Counted from the first letter of the stretch, positions 1 through 11,632 are shown. The stretch: DNA of 64,000 bases from an uncultured Acidobacteriota bacterium (GCA_963824165.1 CAWGOM010000002.1:744286-808285); one strand, 5' to 3'. Numbers and translations: made by a program. Notes: generated by a model from the letters alone, not told the origin.

Positions 1-1635
1 TCTGCCTGACCCGCGAGGAAGTCTTCTACTGCCACCGCGGCCGCCACCCGATGCTCATGAAGGTCCGGACCGGCGTGAAGAAGGACGGCGCGATCACCGC
101 GATGCACTTCCAGACCGTGCTCGACGGCGGCGGCTACGGCTCGCTACGGCGTCGCGTCGACGTACTACACGGGCGCGCTCCAGACCGTCACCTACCAGGT
201 GCCGGCTACCGCTTCGACGGGGCCCGCGTCTTCACGAACAAGCCGCCGTGCGGCCCCAAGCGCGGCCACGGCACGCCGCAGCCGCGCTTCGCCCTCGAGG
301 TCCAGCTCGACAAGATCGCCTGCGACCTCGGCCTCGACCCGGTCGAGATCCGGCGCAACCACCTCCATCCCGCGAACACGCTCACGGCGAACTTCCTGCG
401 CGTCGGCTCGATGGGCCTCGGCGCCTGCATCGACAAGGTCGTTGCCGCGTCGGGCTGGAAGAAGCGCCGCGGGAAGCTGCCGCCCGGCCGCGGCCTCGGC
501 ATCGCCTGTTCGTCGTACCTCTGCGGCGCGGGCCTGCCGATCTACTGGAACCGGATGCCGCAGTCGGGCGTCCAGCTGAAGATCGACCGCGGCGGCGGCG
601 TGACCGTGTTCTGCGGCTCGACCGACATCGGCCAGGGCTCGGACTCGATCCTCGCCTCGATCGTCGCGGAGGTCCTCGGGATCGATCCCTTCGACATCCG
701 CGTCGTCACCGGCGACACGGATCTGACGCCGGTCGACCTCGGGTCCTACTCGTCGCGCGTGACGCTGATGACCGGCAACGCCGCCATCCAGGCGGCCGAG
801 CGCGCGAGGGAGATGCTCGTCGCGACGGCCGCCGGGAAGCTCGAGGTCCCGCCCGAATGCGTGGGCTTCGCCGGCGGCCGCGTGTTCGACGTCGGCGACC
901 CGGGGAAGGGGATGACCTTCGCCGAGGCCGCGGTCCTCGCCGAGTCGCGCTTCGGCACGCTCGGCACCGTCGGGCTCGTACTCGCCGCCGCCCTCCGCCG
1001 GCCGCTATCGCGGCGCGGGCGTCGGGCCCTCGCCCGGCGTACTCCTATTCGGCCGCCGTCGTCGAGGTCGAGGTCGACCCCGAGACCGGCATCGTGACCA
1101 TTCCGAAGATCTGGATCGCGCACGACGTCGGCAAGTGCATCAATGCGACGCTGGTGATGGGCCAGGTCGAAGGGTCCGTGTACATGGGCCTCGGCGAAGC
1201 GGTGATGGAAGAGATGGCGTACCGCACGAACGCCAACGCGCAACGTCGTCCACAAGTTCCCGTCGATGCTCGAGTACAAGAGCCCGACGACGAAGGAGAT
1301 GCCCGAGGTCGAGACCTACCTCGTCGAAGACCCGGACGCCAACGGGCCGTTCGGCGCCAAGGAGGTCGGGCAGGGCCCGCTGCTTCCCGATCCCGCCCGC
1401 CGTCGCCAACGCCGTCTTCGACGCCGTGGGCGTGCGCGTGGACGAGGTCCCGGTGACGCCGGAGAAGGTCCTGCGGGCGCTGAAGGCGAAGGCGCAGGGC
1501 AAGCCGGCGCGCTTCGGCCCGGAGCGGTTCCCGGACGTGCCGTACCCGGCGCCGATCCACGTTCCGACTCCGGCGCAGGGCGGCGACGGCCGCGCGGCCG
1601 ACGCCACCGTGACGGAAGCCGGAGGGGTGCGGTGA
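1..1635 (+). CDS. hcrA: Xanthine-oxidase-family molybdopterin-binding subunit, 4-hydroxybenzoyl-CoA reductase alpha-like (5' truncated by window, several frameshifts)
   Basis: Motifs PKRGHG.PQ, DIGQGS, DLGSYSSRVT, GQVEGS and GPFGAKEVGQG are spread over ORFs 51..1097, 248..1456, 1266..1643 and 1135..1635; directly upstream of an HcrB-like FAD subunit. Confidence 0.75.
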
Positions 1636-1639
1636 CGCC

Positions 1640-2632
1640 ATGATGCGCCTCCCGAAGTTCCGCTACTTCGCGCCGACGAGCGTGAAGGAGGCGCTCCGCA
1701 TCAAGGCGGGCGAAGGGCCCGACTCCGTTTTCGTCGCCGGCGGCACCGACCTGTACCCGAACATGAAGCGCCGGCAGCAGACCCCGAAGGTCGTCGTCGG
1801 CCTCTCGCGTATCGCCGCGCTCGCGCGACTGCGCGTCACAGACGCCGGGGCCGCGATCGGAGCGGGCGTCCCCCTCTCGCAGATCGAGACCCACCGGCGG
1901 ATGCGCCGCGGCTTCCCGGCGCTCGTCCACGCCATCGAGGAGATCTCGACGCCGCCGCTGCGCAACATGGGCACCCTCGGCGGCAACGTGCTGCTCGACA
2001 CGCGCTGCAACTACTACGACCAGAACTACGAGTGGCGCCAGGCGATCGACTTCTGCATGAAGAAGGACGGCACGGTCTGCTGGGTCGCGCCCGGCTCGCC
2101 GAAGTGTCTCGCCGTGCAGTCGGCGGACTCGGTTCCGATCCTGATCGCCCTCGGCGCGCGGGCCGTCCTCGCCTCGCCCGACGGCGAGCGGGAGATCGCG
2201 CTCGAGAGCCTGTACGCCAACGACGGCATCCACTACCTGACCAAACGCCCGGAGGAGCTCCTCACCGAGATCCGCGTCCCGAAGAACGGCTGGAGGGCCT
2301 CGTACCGGAAGCTCCGGCGACGCGGCTCCTTCGACTTCCCGGTGCTGTCGGTCGGGGCGGCGGTCCGCTTCGACGGGGACCGGGTGGCCGAGGCGCGCAT
2401 CGTCCTGGGCGCCGTGGCTTCCGCTCCCGTCCGGGTGCCCGGCGCCGAGGCCCTCCTCGCCGGGCGGCGCCTGGACGTGACCGCGATCACGGAGGCCGCC
2501 GCGGCGGCGGCCGGGCCGTCCCGGCCCATGGACAACACCGACTTTTCCTTCCTCTGGCGCAAGGAGATGACGGGGAAGTGGGTCGCCGCGGCCCTCCGCG
2601 AGCTGTCGGGTCAGGCCGGGCCGGCGGCTTAA
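1640..2632 (+). CDS. hcrB: FAD-binding subunit with [4Fe-4S] insertion, 4-hydroxybenzoyl-CoA reductase beta-like
   Basis: AGGTDL, RNMGTLGGN and RRRGSFDF motifs plus the four-Cys insert RCNYY..FCMKK..VCWV..KCLA typical of HcrB. Confidence 0.8.
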   Translation: MMRLPKFRYFAPTSVKEALRIKAGEGPDSVFVAGGTDLYPNMKRRQQTPKVVVGLSRIAALARLRVTDAGAAIGAGVPLSQIETHRRMRRGFPALVHAIEEISTPPLRNMGTLGGNVLLDTRCNYYDQNYEWRQAIDFCMKKDGTVCWVAPGSPKCLAVQSADSVPILIALGARAVLASPDGEREIALESLYANDGIHYLTKRPEELLTEIRVPKNGWRASYRKLRRRGSFDFPVLSVGAAVRFDGDRVAEARIVLGAVASAPVRVPGAEALLAGRRLDVTAITEAAAAAAGPSRPMDNTDFSFLWRKEMTGKWVAAALRELSGQAGPAA

Positions 2633-2650
2633 GAAAACCTAAACAGCGGG

Positions 2651-2679
2651 TTGCCGGCCTCCGACCCCGCTGCTATACT
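2651..2679 (+). promoter_or_regulatory. sigma70-type promoter with extended -10
   Basis: TTGCCG (2651-2656), 17 nt spacer, TATACT (2674-2679) preceded by TG. Confidence 0.7.
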
Positions 2680-2824
2680 GCCCGTCTTCTCGTAAATCGC
2701 TCGTCTTCCACGCACGCTTTCCGCGGTCGAAGAAGTCCGACGAATTCCAACGGGAAGGTCGGCTCCTCCGAGCGGCGCGGTTGGGTCGACAGCGAATGAC
2801 GCCGGTTTCGAGGGTTCTGTTTCG

Positions 2825-3100
2825 ATGAAACTCTACGTTGGAAACCTTCCCTACAACACGTCGGAGGACGATCTTCGTACGCTCTTCTCGACCTATGGAG
2901 CGGTCAGCTCCGTCGCGATCATCACCGATCGCGACACGGGTCGTTCGAAGGGGTTCGGGTTCGTCGAGTTCGGTAGCGACGACGAGGCGCGCAACGCGAT
3001 CTCGGCGCTGTCCGGCCAGGAGTACGGCGGCCGCGCGCTGACCGTCAACGAGGCCCGGCCCAAGACGGAGGGCGGCGGAGGACGGGGCGGCCGGTACTGA
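2825..3100 (+). CDS. RRM-domain RNA-binding protein
   Basis: RNP2 LYVGNL, RNP1 KGFGFVEF, Gly/Arg-rich tail. Confidence 0.95.
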   Translation: MKLYVGNLPYNTSEDDLRTLFSTYGAVSSVAIITDRDTGRSKGFGFVEFGSDDEARNAISALSGQEYGGRALTVNEARPKTEGGGGRGGRY

Positions 3101-3122
3101 TTCGGTCTCACGGGGCACTCCA

Positions 3123-3150
3123 GGGGGGCGAAAGCCCCCCTTTTTCTTTT
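3123..3150 (+). terminator. Rho-independent terminator
   Basis: GGGGGGC-GAAA-GCCCCCC followed by TTTTTCTTTT. Confidence 0.9.
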
Positions 3151-3173
3151 CGGCCCGATAGACTTCCGGGCCG

Positions 3174-3488
3174 ATGAACGAGGTGCGCGTCGAGAGGTGG
3201 CGGCCCGGCGACGGCCCGCTCTCCGAACGCCGCATGATGCTCGCGATGCAGATGGAGGGCTACGACGTCCTCGTCTTCACCTACCGCGCCGGCACGGTCT
3301 TCCCTCCGCACGAGCACGCGCAGGGCAAGTGCGACGGCGTGATCGAGGGGACGCTGCGGGTCACGGTCGGGGAGGCGGCATTCGACCTGACGCCGGGGGA
3401 CCGCATCTACCTTCCGGCCGGTACGCGGCACGCCGCGCAAGTCCTCGGCGAGAAAACGGTCGTGTCCCTCGACGGGACGCAGTGGTAG
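3174..3488 (+). CDS. Cupin-domain protein
   Basis: PPHEH...IEGTL...GDRIYLPAGTRH cupin motifs. Confidence 0.85.
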   Translation: MNEVRVERWRPGDGPLSERRMMLAMQMEGYDVLVFTYRAGTVFPPHEHAQGKCDGVIEGTLRVTVGEAAFDLTPGDRIYLPAGTRHAAQVLGEKTVVSLDGTQW

Positions 3489-3501
3489 GGAGGAGAGAGC
3501 C

Positions 3502-3987
3502 ATGGCGCTGACCCGGTCCGAACGCGACGAGCTGATCCGGCGGTACGAGGAGGGCCCGGCAAGGCTCGCCGCGGCGCTGGCGAAAGTCCCCCCGGAAGCC
3601 CTGAAGTGGCGGCCCGCCGAGGGGAAGTGGTCGGTGCACGAGGTGATCTGCCACTGCGCCGACTCCGAGGCGAACGCCTACGCGCGCATCCGGTACCTCG
3701 TCACCGAGCCGGATCCGAAGGTCGTCGGCTACGACCAGGCGCACTGGGCGAAGGTCTTCGACTACCACGCCGCGCCGCTCGAGCCCGCCCTGGCGACGGT
3801 CCGCGCCGTGCGCGCGAACACGGCCGCTCTCCTGAAGCGGCTGTCGGAATCCGCCTGGTCCGCCGTGGGCACGCACACCGAGTCGGGCCGCTACTCTTCG
3901 GAGGACTGGCTCGCGGTCTACGCCGAGCACCTCGAGAAGCACTCGCGGCAGATCGAGCGCAACGTGGAGGCGTGGAAGGCGCGGTAG
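3502..3987 (+). CDS. DinB/YfiT family protein
   Basis: WSVHEVICH, YDQ..W, H..KH..QI motifs; GGAGG ribosome-binding site. Confidence 0.9.
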   Translation: MALTRSERDELIRRYEEGPARLAAALAKVPPEALKWRPAEGKWSVHEVICHCADSEANAYARIRYLVTEPDPKVVGYDQAHWAKVFDYHAAPLEPALATVRAVRANTAALLKRLSESAWSAVGTHTESGRYSSEDWLAVYAEHLEKHSRQIERNVEAWKAR

Positions 3988-3997
3988 GCGTCGCCGC

Positions 3998-6430
3998 TCA
4001 GTCCCGCGTCAGCACGTCGTGCATGGCGTTGGCGACGATCCGCTTCGGCGCCTTCGGCAACCGGATCGTGCCCTCGACCGGCACCGACGTGTTGCCGACG
4101 AACGACACGACGGCCAGCCGCTGGAGCTCGGACTTGTCGTACTCGAGATAGAGCGGCAGGAATCCGACGAAGTCGTTCGAGACGCCGTCCTGCGTCACGG
4201 ACCCTGACAGCTTGTACTCGCCGCCTCCGGCGCTGCGGACGTCCACCTTGACGGTGTAGCGGGGGATCTCGGTTCCGTCGACCCACTGCCGGAAGAACCA
4301 GTCGAGCCTGCCCGTCTTCGCGACGTCGAGTGTCGGCGTCATGTGCCGCTCGACGACGTCCTGGAAGTCGCGCGTCGACGCGTTCCTGCCGGCGAAGGAC
4401 CGGGCGAAGTCCGTCATCATCGCGATGAACCGGCCGTCGGGGGCCTTGGAGCGCGGGTCCCACATCAGCATCCGCAGCATCTGGAGGACGTAGGCCCCCT
4501 TGAGGTAGACGATGGCCTGGTAGGCCGACGGGGTCCTCCGCGTATAGAGGCGGGTTCCGAGCGTGAGGGGCCCGGCCTCATCGTTGGAAACGGAGCTGCG
4601 TGGAGGCGTCTCGAGGATCCATTTCCGGGACTGCTCCCAGTACTCGGAAAGTCGTTTGGGGCCGAGGGTCCGCTGCATCACGAGCGAGGCCGAGAACTCG
4701 GCGAAGCCTTCGGACAGCCAGGTGTCGCGGTAGCTGTCCCAGCCGACGCTGTGCCCCCACCACTGGTGGGCGAGCTCGTGGGGGCCGACGAGGTCGACGA
4801 AGTCCGTCGTGCGGTTTCCGCCGAGCCCGAGCTCGCGCCGCTGGGTCCCGTCGAGAGCGGCGAGATACGGAAGAAAGACGAGCGACGGCCACGACTGCCC
4901 GAAGAACCACTGGGCCTGTTGGGTGATGGCGACGTGGCGTTCCGCGATGGGCCCGAAATACGCCGTGAAGATGCGAGCGGAGTTGACTCCATCCGCCAGG
5001 GCGTTCTGGGCGAACGCATCGGCGTCCATGTCGACGCTGTGCATCCCGGCTCTCGCACCGCCGCCGCCGCCGCGCATGGCGAGGTTGATCTCCGCGATGA
5101 TGTCCGGCGTCCCGGTGTTCGAGAACACCTCGAGCTTCATCCCGCTGTCCTTGTCGTCCGAGTCGATCCGCTTGAACTTCCCGTAGTTGAAGCCGGCGAC
5201 GCGGATGGGCCGCTCCGCCTTCCACACCGAGACCTGCATGTCGCCCTCGACCCTGTCCGAGATCCGCTCGCCGACCGAAACGACCTGCCGGCCCTTCGGC
5301 ACGCGGTAGGTGAGGTCGAACGTCGCCATGTCGCGGAACGTGCCGAGGTTCGGGTACCAGCTCTGGCGCGCGCCGACGGCGAACGTGCCCTCGCCCATGT
5401 CCCGCATCACCTCCCTGCCGTCGTAGGCGATGCGGATGCGCACGGTTCCGCCGGGCGCGGGCGCGGCAGGCAGGACGACCGCGGGGTCGCTGTCCTCCTC
5501 GGCCTTCTCCTGGATGAAGGCGACCGGAGTCCACGCGCCGTCGGCGGCCTCGACGGAGGCCTGGTGGATTCGGAGCTCGTCGAAGAGCTGGAGCGGAACG
5601 ACGCGGAGATCCCCGGCGCTCGCCCGCAGGGTGAGCGTGGTCGTGCCCGAGAGCCGCGTGCTCTCGGAGATCGCCGACTCGATCGCGTAGTGTTCGGCGT
5701 CGGCCGGAGGCTCCGGCGTCGGCGTTCCGGCGTCGGCCCTGCGGCGGGCCAGGTACCAGAATCCGCGATCGAACTCGGGCAGCATCCAGACTCCGGAGTT
5801 CTCGGCGCCGGATCTCGGGCCGGGAGGAAACCAGCCGAGGCCGGTCGGGTCGACCATGACGAGGCCCGCCGGCAGGCTCTTCCCGTCCACCGCGGCCAGG
5901 AAGACCCCGGACTTCGGATCCGCCTTGCGCAACAGGTCCGCGAGGATGCGGATCTGCAGATTGACCTCGAGCGTCTTGCGCTGCTCGGAGCGAAAGTCGT
6001 CCCATGCGCCCGCCGCCCCGGCCGGGGCCGCACCCTCCGAGCCCGCGGCGCGGATCTCGGCCTCCGTGGCGTCCGTGAAGAGGAGGACGAGGGTCTCGAA
6101 TCGGTCGCTCAGGGCCTCGAGGCCCTTCTGCGCCGTCAGGAGCGCCAGGTGGCGGCGCTCGCCCTCGTCGGCGGGCGTCAGCTGCCACGACCCCTGGCCG
6201 ACGAAGGCGGCGCCCGTGACGCGCCCCTCGACGGCCGGGAGAAACTGGAACGCTCCCTTCTCGAAGGTGAGGCGAAAGACGTCGCGTTCGATGGTCAGGT
6301 TCTGCACGGCGATCCCGCCGCCGGATGGCCGCGCCGCGCGCAGGGCCGTGTAGGTCGGATCGCCGTCGGCGAAGAGGGCGGCGGGCAGGGAAAGGGCGAC
6401 CGACGCCAGGAAACCCGGGCGGAGCTTCAT
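3998..6430 (-). CDS. Secreted M1-family (gluzincin) metallo-aminopeptidase
   Basis: Signal peptide; HELAHQWWG...WLSEGFAE zinc motif; Y.KGA.VL.MLR. Confidence 0.88.
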   Translation of the reverse strand: MKLRPGFLASVALSLPAALFADGDPTYTALRAARPSGGGIAVQNLTIERDVFRLTFEKGAFQFLPAVEGRVTGAAFVGQGSWQLTPADEGERRHLALLTAQKGLEALSDRFETLVLLFTDATEAEIRAAGSEGAAPAGAAGAWDDFRSEQRKTLEVNLQIRILADLLRKADPKSGVFLAAVDGKSLPAGLVMVDPTGLGWFPPGPRSGAENSGVWMLPEFDRGFWYLARRRADAGTPTPEPPADAEHYAIESAISESTRLSGTTTLTLRASAGDLRVVPLQLFDELRIHQASVEAADGAWTPVAFIQEKAEEDSDPAVVLPAAPAPGGTVRIRIAYDGREVMRDMGEGTFAVGARQSWYPNLGTFRDMATFDLTYRVPKGRQVVSVGERISDRVEGDMQVSVWKAERPIRVAGFNYGKFKRIDSDDKDSGMKLEVFSNTGTPDIIAEINLAMRGGGGGARAGMHSVDMDADAFAQNALADGVNSARIFTAYFGPIAERHVAITQQAQWFFGQSWPSLVFLPYLAALDGTQRRELGLGGNRTTDFVDLVGPHELAHQWWGHSVGWDSYRDTWLSEGFAEFSASLVMQRTLGPKRLSEYWEQSRKWILETPPRSSVSNDEAGPLTLGTRLYTRRTPSAYQAIVYLKGAYVLQMLRMLMWDPRSKAPDGRFIAMMTDFARSFAGRNASTRDFQDVVERHMTPTLDVAKTGRLDWFFRQWVDGTEIPRYTVKVDVRSAGGGEYKLSGSVTQDGVSNDFVGFLPLYLEYDKSELQRLAVVSFVGNTSVPVEGTIRLPKAPKRIVANAMHDVLTRD

Positions 6431-6479
6431 GAGGGCTCCTTTCGCGCGGCGGGGGACTCGCGCAACAGGATAGCAGGGG

Positions 6480-7939
6480 TCAGTGCGAGCCCAGCAGCTC
6501 CCGCCCGATCCGCGCCGCCTCGTCGAGGAGCGCGGTCAGGTCCGCCTCGCGAGTCCGGAAGTTCGTGATCGCGACGCGCAGGGCCGAGCGCCCCTTGAGG
6601 ACCGTCGGCGCCAGGAAGAAGGCGCCGTCGGCGACGAGGCGGTTGATGATCTTCCGGTTGATCCGGTCGAGCTCGCGGTCGGACAGGCCCCGGCCCGCCG
6701 GCCGAAATCGGAAGTTGACGATCGAGAGCACGCACTCGGCCAGCAGCTCGAAATCCGGGCGCCGGTCGACCTCCGCGGCGAGGCCCTTCGCCAGGCGCAC
6801 GTCGCTCTCGATCTGTTCGGCGTAGGCGCGGCGCCCGTGCACCTTGATTCCCATCCAGACCTTCAGCGCCTTGAAGCCGCGCGAGAGCTCGATGCCGCGC
6901 TCGGCGAACCAGGCGGGGCCCGGGAACGGGCTCTCGGGATCGGCCGCGAGGTACTCGGGGAACTTGCGGAACGTCGCCGCGAAGCGGCCCGGCTCGCGCA
7001 CGAGGGTGGCGCCGGCCTCGTAGGGCACGTACAGCCACTTGTGCGGATCGGCGGCGATCGAGTCGGCGCGCTCCATCCCCGCGAAGGAGCGGCGCTAGCG
7101 CCGGCACCATCGAGGCGAGCGCCGCCGTAGGCGCCGTCGACGTGGAACCACAGCTTCTCGCGGGCGCAGAGGTCCGCGAGCCGGTCGAGCGGGTCGATCG
7201 CGCCGGTGTTGACCGTCCCGGCGTTGCCGACCACGATCGCCGGGAGGTACCCGGCCCGCCGGTCGGCCGCGATCGCGGCTTCGAGCGTCGTCGAGCGGGA
7301 TGCGGAAGTCCGCGTCGCTCTCGAGCTTGCGAAGCTGGTTCGTGCCGATGCCGAGCAGGTCCACGGCCTTGTCCACGCAGGAGTGAACCTGGTCCGAGGC
7401 ATACACCGTGAGGCGTGGCCGGCCCGGCCCCGCGAGGCCCTCCTCGCGCACGTTGCCCGGCGTCATCGCCCGGCGCGCGACGGCGAGCGCGGTGAAGTTG
7501 GCCATCGATCCGCCCGAGACGAGGATGCCCTCGGCGGTCCGGCGGGAAGCCCAGCATCTCGGCGAGCCAGCGCATGACGCTCTGCTCGACGTGGGCCGCG
7601 GCGTGGTCGCCGCCCCAGCAGTTGGGGTTCATGGCCGAGGCGAGGAAGTCCGCGAGGATGCCGACCGGGTCCGCCGTCGCGTTGATGAAGCCGTAGAAGC
7701 GCGGGATGCGAGTTGCCCATCGGGTAGGGCATCACGTTTTCGCGAACGAAGGCGAGGACCTCTTCGAACGGCCGGCCGTCCTCCGGCAGCGGCTCGTCGA
7801 AGATCGCGGCGCGCGGGCCGATCTTGCCGAAGACCGGGCGCGATTCGAGCGATGCACGGTGCTCGGCGACGGCGTCGGCCGCGAGCCCTCCGAGCCGGCG
7901 CAGCTCGTCCGGCGAAAGGTCGAAGTCGGACTTGGTCAT
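6480..7939 (-). CDS. PLP-dependent group II amino-acid decarboxylase (frameshifted)
   Basis: [25 protein letters not shown] and ADPHKW motifs across ORFs 7463..7939, 7095..7505, 6863..7402 and 6480..7076. Confidence 0.85.
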
Positions 7940-7984
7940 GCCGGAGATTGAATCACGCGGCGAGGACGGGCCCCGCCGGCGAAG

Positions 7985-8512
7985 CTATTTCACGACGCCA
8001 CACCCCAGCCGTCCGCCGGCGTCTCCCGTGGGCTGCGTCTTGAGATCGTCGGGTTTGTCGTGGAACACGACGGCCTTGCCGACGACGGAGTTGGGCCCCG
8101 GCTCGACCGTCAGCATGTCCGAGGTGACCTCGAGGTGGCCCTTCCCGTCGGCGCCGACCGTGATGTTGCCCCAGTCTCCGGCGTGGTGCTTCGCGTCGGC
8201 GGGCCCGGCGTGCGGAGCGCCGGTCGGGTTGAAGTGCGGGCCGGCCGACGAGGCGTCGGGCGCGGAACAGTCGCCCTTCTCGTGAAGGTGAATCCCGTGG
8301 ACCCCGGGCGTCGCGTTTTCGATCCACACCTCGACCTTCGTCGCGCCCGAGGGCAGCTCCGTGAAGACGGCCTTGCCGGTGACCTTCGATCCGCTGCGGG
8401 ACTCGATCGCGGCCGAGGCCTGCGGGGCCGGCGCGGGGGCCGCCGAGCACGCCAGGCACAGCAGCGCCGCCGTCCCCGCCGCGGCCGATCCGATGTTACC
8501 GAGTCGCTTCAT
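7985..8512 (-). CDS. sodC: Cu/Zn superoxide dismutase, probable lipoprotein
   Basis: HGIHLH, GPHFNP, HAGDWGN, VVFH, GGRLGCGV; lipobox-like LAC; AGGAGG upstream of ATG 8512. Confidence 0.92.
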   Translation of the reverse strand: MKRLGNIGSAAAGTAALLCLACSAAPAPAPQASAAIESRSGSKVTGKAVFTELPSGATKVEVWIENATPGVHGIHLHEKGDCSAPDASSAGPHFNPTGAPHAGPADAKHHAGDWGNITVGADGKGHLEVTSDMLTVEPGPNSVVGKAVVFHDKPDDLKTQPTGDAGGRLGCGVVK

Positions 8513-8571
8513 TTCTTCCTCCTTGATTAAGGCGGTCATAATAACGGCAGCGAGACCCTATGATCCCCCCA

Positions 8572-8779
8572 GTGCCTCCGATCGCGGTTTCCCGCCCGCT
8601 GCTCTTCGGCCTCGTTGCCGCCGGAGCGCTCGCCGCCGTGGCGCTCGAGCCCCCGCACGCCGCGTTCGCGGCGGGCTTCGCGGCCGGGGCCGGCTCGGTC
8701 TTCGTCCTCTCGTTCATGAAGCGCGCCGGGGGCGAGAGCGCCTCCCCGCCGGATCGAAGGCGAGGAGAACCCGCCGTGA
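8572..8779 (+). CDS. Small two-helix membrane segment: either the N-terminal extension of the response regulator or a separate small membrane protein
   Basis: Hydrophobic PLLFGLVAAGALAAVAL and AAFAAGFAAGAGSVFVLSF, in frame with the receiver domain; TATGAT 7 nt before GTG 8572. Confidence 0.5.
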
Positions 8780-9467
8780 AGGTCGTGGTCGTCGAGGACG
8801 AGCAGCGCATCGCCCAGTTCCTGCGCAAGGGGCTGACCGAGAAGGGTTACACCGTCGAGGCCGTCGGCGACGCCGACGCCGCCCTGGAGAAGATCGTCGC
8901 CGGAGCGCCCGGATCTCGTCATCCTCGACCTGATGCTCGACGGCTCGCGGGACGGCCTGGAGCTCTGCCGGGAGCTGCGGTCCCGCGGCGTGCGCGCCAA
9001 GATCCTCATGCTCACGGCGCGCGACACGATCGAGAACAAGATCGAGGGCCTCGACGCCGGGGCCGACGACTATCTCGTCAAGCCCTTCTCGTTCCGGGAG
9101 CTCATGGCGCGCATGCGCGCGCTGCTGCGGCGGACCGAGGTCGTGACGCCGGGACCGCTCGTCTTCGAGGACCTGACCTACGAGCCGGAGTCGCGCGAGG
9201 TCACCCGCGGCGGCGAGACCGTCCAGCTGACCGTTCGCGAGGGCGCGCTCTTCGAGCTGCTGCTGCGCCGGCGCGGCAAGGTCGTTCCGCGCTCCGAGAT
9301 CCAGGCGCGCATCTGGGAAGACTCCTTCGACCTCTCGACCAACATCATCGACGTGTACATCAACGCGCTGCGCAAGAAGATCGACGGCGGCGAGCGCGAG
9401 AAGCTGATCCAGACGGTCCGCGGCGTCGGCTATCGCGTCCGCGAGCCCGAACCGGCAGCGCGGGTAG
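8776..9467 (+). CDS. OmpR-family response regulator, CusR/CopR-like (frameshifted)
   Basis: VVEDE..IAQFLRKGL, LMLTARD, GADDYLVKPF, NIIDVYI..LRKKID, TVRGVGY; AGGAG before GTG 8776; 3' end approximate. Confidence 0.85.
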
Positions 9468-9471
9468 GTCC

Positions 9472-10360
9472 GTGGCCGGGCTCTTCGGCAGGCTCTTCGG
9501 CGAGGGGAGCGCTCCGCGCCGGACGCCGGAGCCCTCGCCCCTGGCGGAGCTCGCGCGGCGGCTGGAGGAGACCGAGAAGCGACCGCTCGTCCGGATCCCG
9601 ACGGAAGGCCTCGGCGAGGAAGCGCGACGCGGTCGCGGACCGTGCTGAACGCGAGGCTCGACTCGCTCGCCTCCGCGGAGAAGGAGCAGCAGCAGTTCAT
9701 CGCCGACGTCTCCCACGAGCTGCGCACGCCGCTGACGGTGCTCCGCGGCTCGCTCGAGGTGGCGCTCGAGGAGGAGCGGTCGGCCGAGGAGTATCGCGAG
9801 GCGATCGGCAACGCCATCCTCGAGGTGCGGCACCTGACCCGCATCTCGCAGAACCTCCTCTTCCTGACGCGCGGCGAGAGCGGCCGCGTCACGCTGTCCT
9901 TCGCGAACCTGGACCTGGGCCGGTTCGCGGCCGACGTGGTCAAGGACCTCTCCGATCGCGGCCGCCGATCGCGGGCTGGAGCTCACGGCCGACATCCCGC
10001 GGATTCCGGTCTTCGTGTTCGCCGACGGCGGCCGGCTGCAGCAGGTCCTCCACAACCTGATCGAGAACAGCCTGCGCTACACGGAGGCGGGCGGGAAGAT
10101 CCGGGTGGCCGTCGCCGCCGCGCCGGGCGAAGCGCGGCTCTCGGTCGCGGACACCGGCGTCGGCATCCCCGAGGCGGATCTGCCGTTCGTCTTCGAGCGG
10201 TTCTACCGCGGCCAAGCGTTCGCGCGCCGCCAACCCGGGCGGCTCGGGCCTGGGGCTCTCGATCGTGCGCTGGATCGTCGAGGCCCACAAGGGGAGCGTC
10301 GGGGTCGAGAGCGTGGTCGGAAGAGGCTCGACGTTCACGGTCAGACTGCCAGTCATCTAG
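9472..10360 (+). CDS. Histidine kinase (HAMP-HisKA-HATPase) without transmembrane or sensor domain (frameshifted)
   Basis: H-box [14 protein letters not shown]-box [31 protein letters not shown]. Confidence 0.8.
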
Positions 10361-10424
10361 AGGCCGCCGCCGCCGTCGCCCGAGCCCTGGGCCGCGTCTC
10401 GTCCCTTATAATCCGCGCTCCCCA

Positions 10425-11604
<1,180 letters not shown>

Positions 11605-11607
11605 AGA

Positions 11608-11632
11608 GGGCGGCCGCAAGGGCCGCCCCTAC
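11608..11632 (-). repeat. GTAG-family REP-like palindrome
   Basis: Minus strand reads GTAGGGGCGGCCCTTGCGGCCGCCC (GTAG head plus GC-rich hairpin), just after the thiolase stop. Confidence 0.6.
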
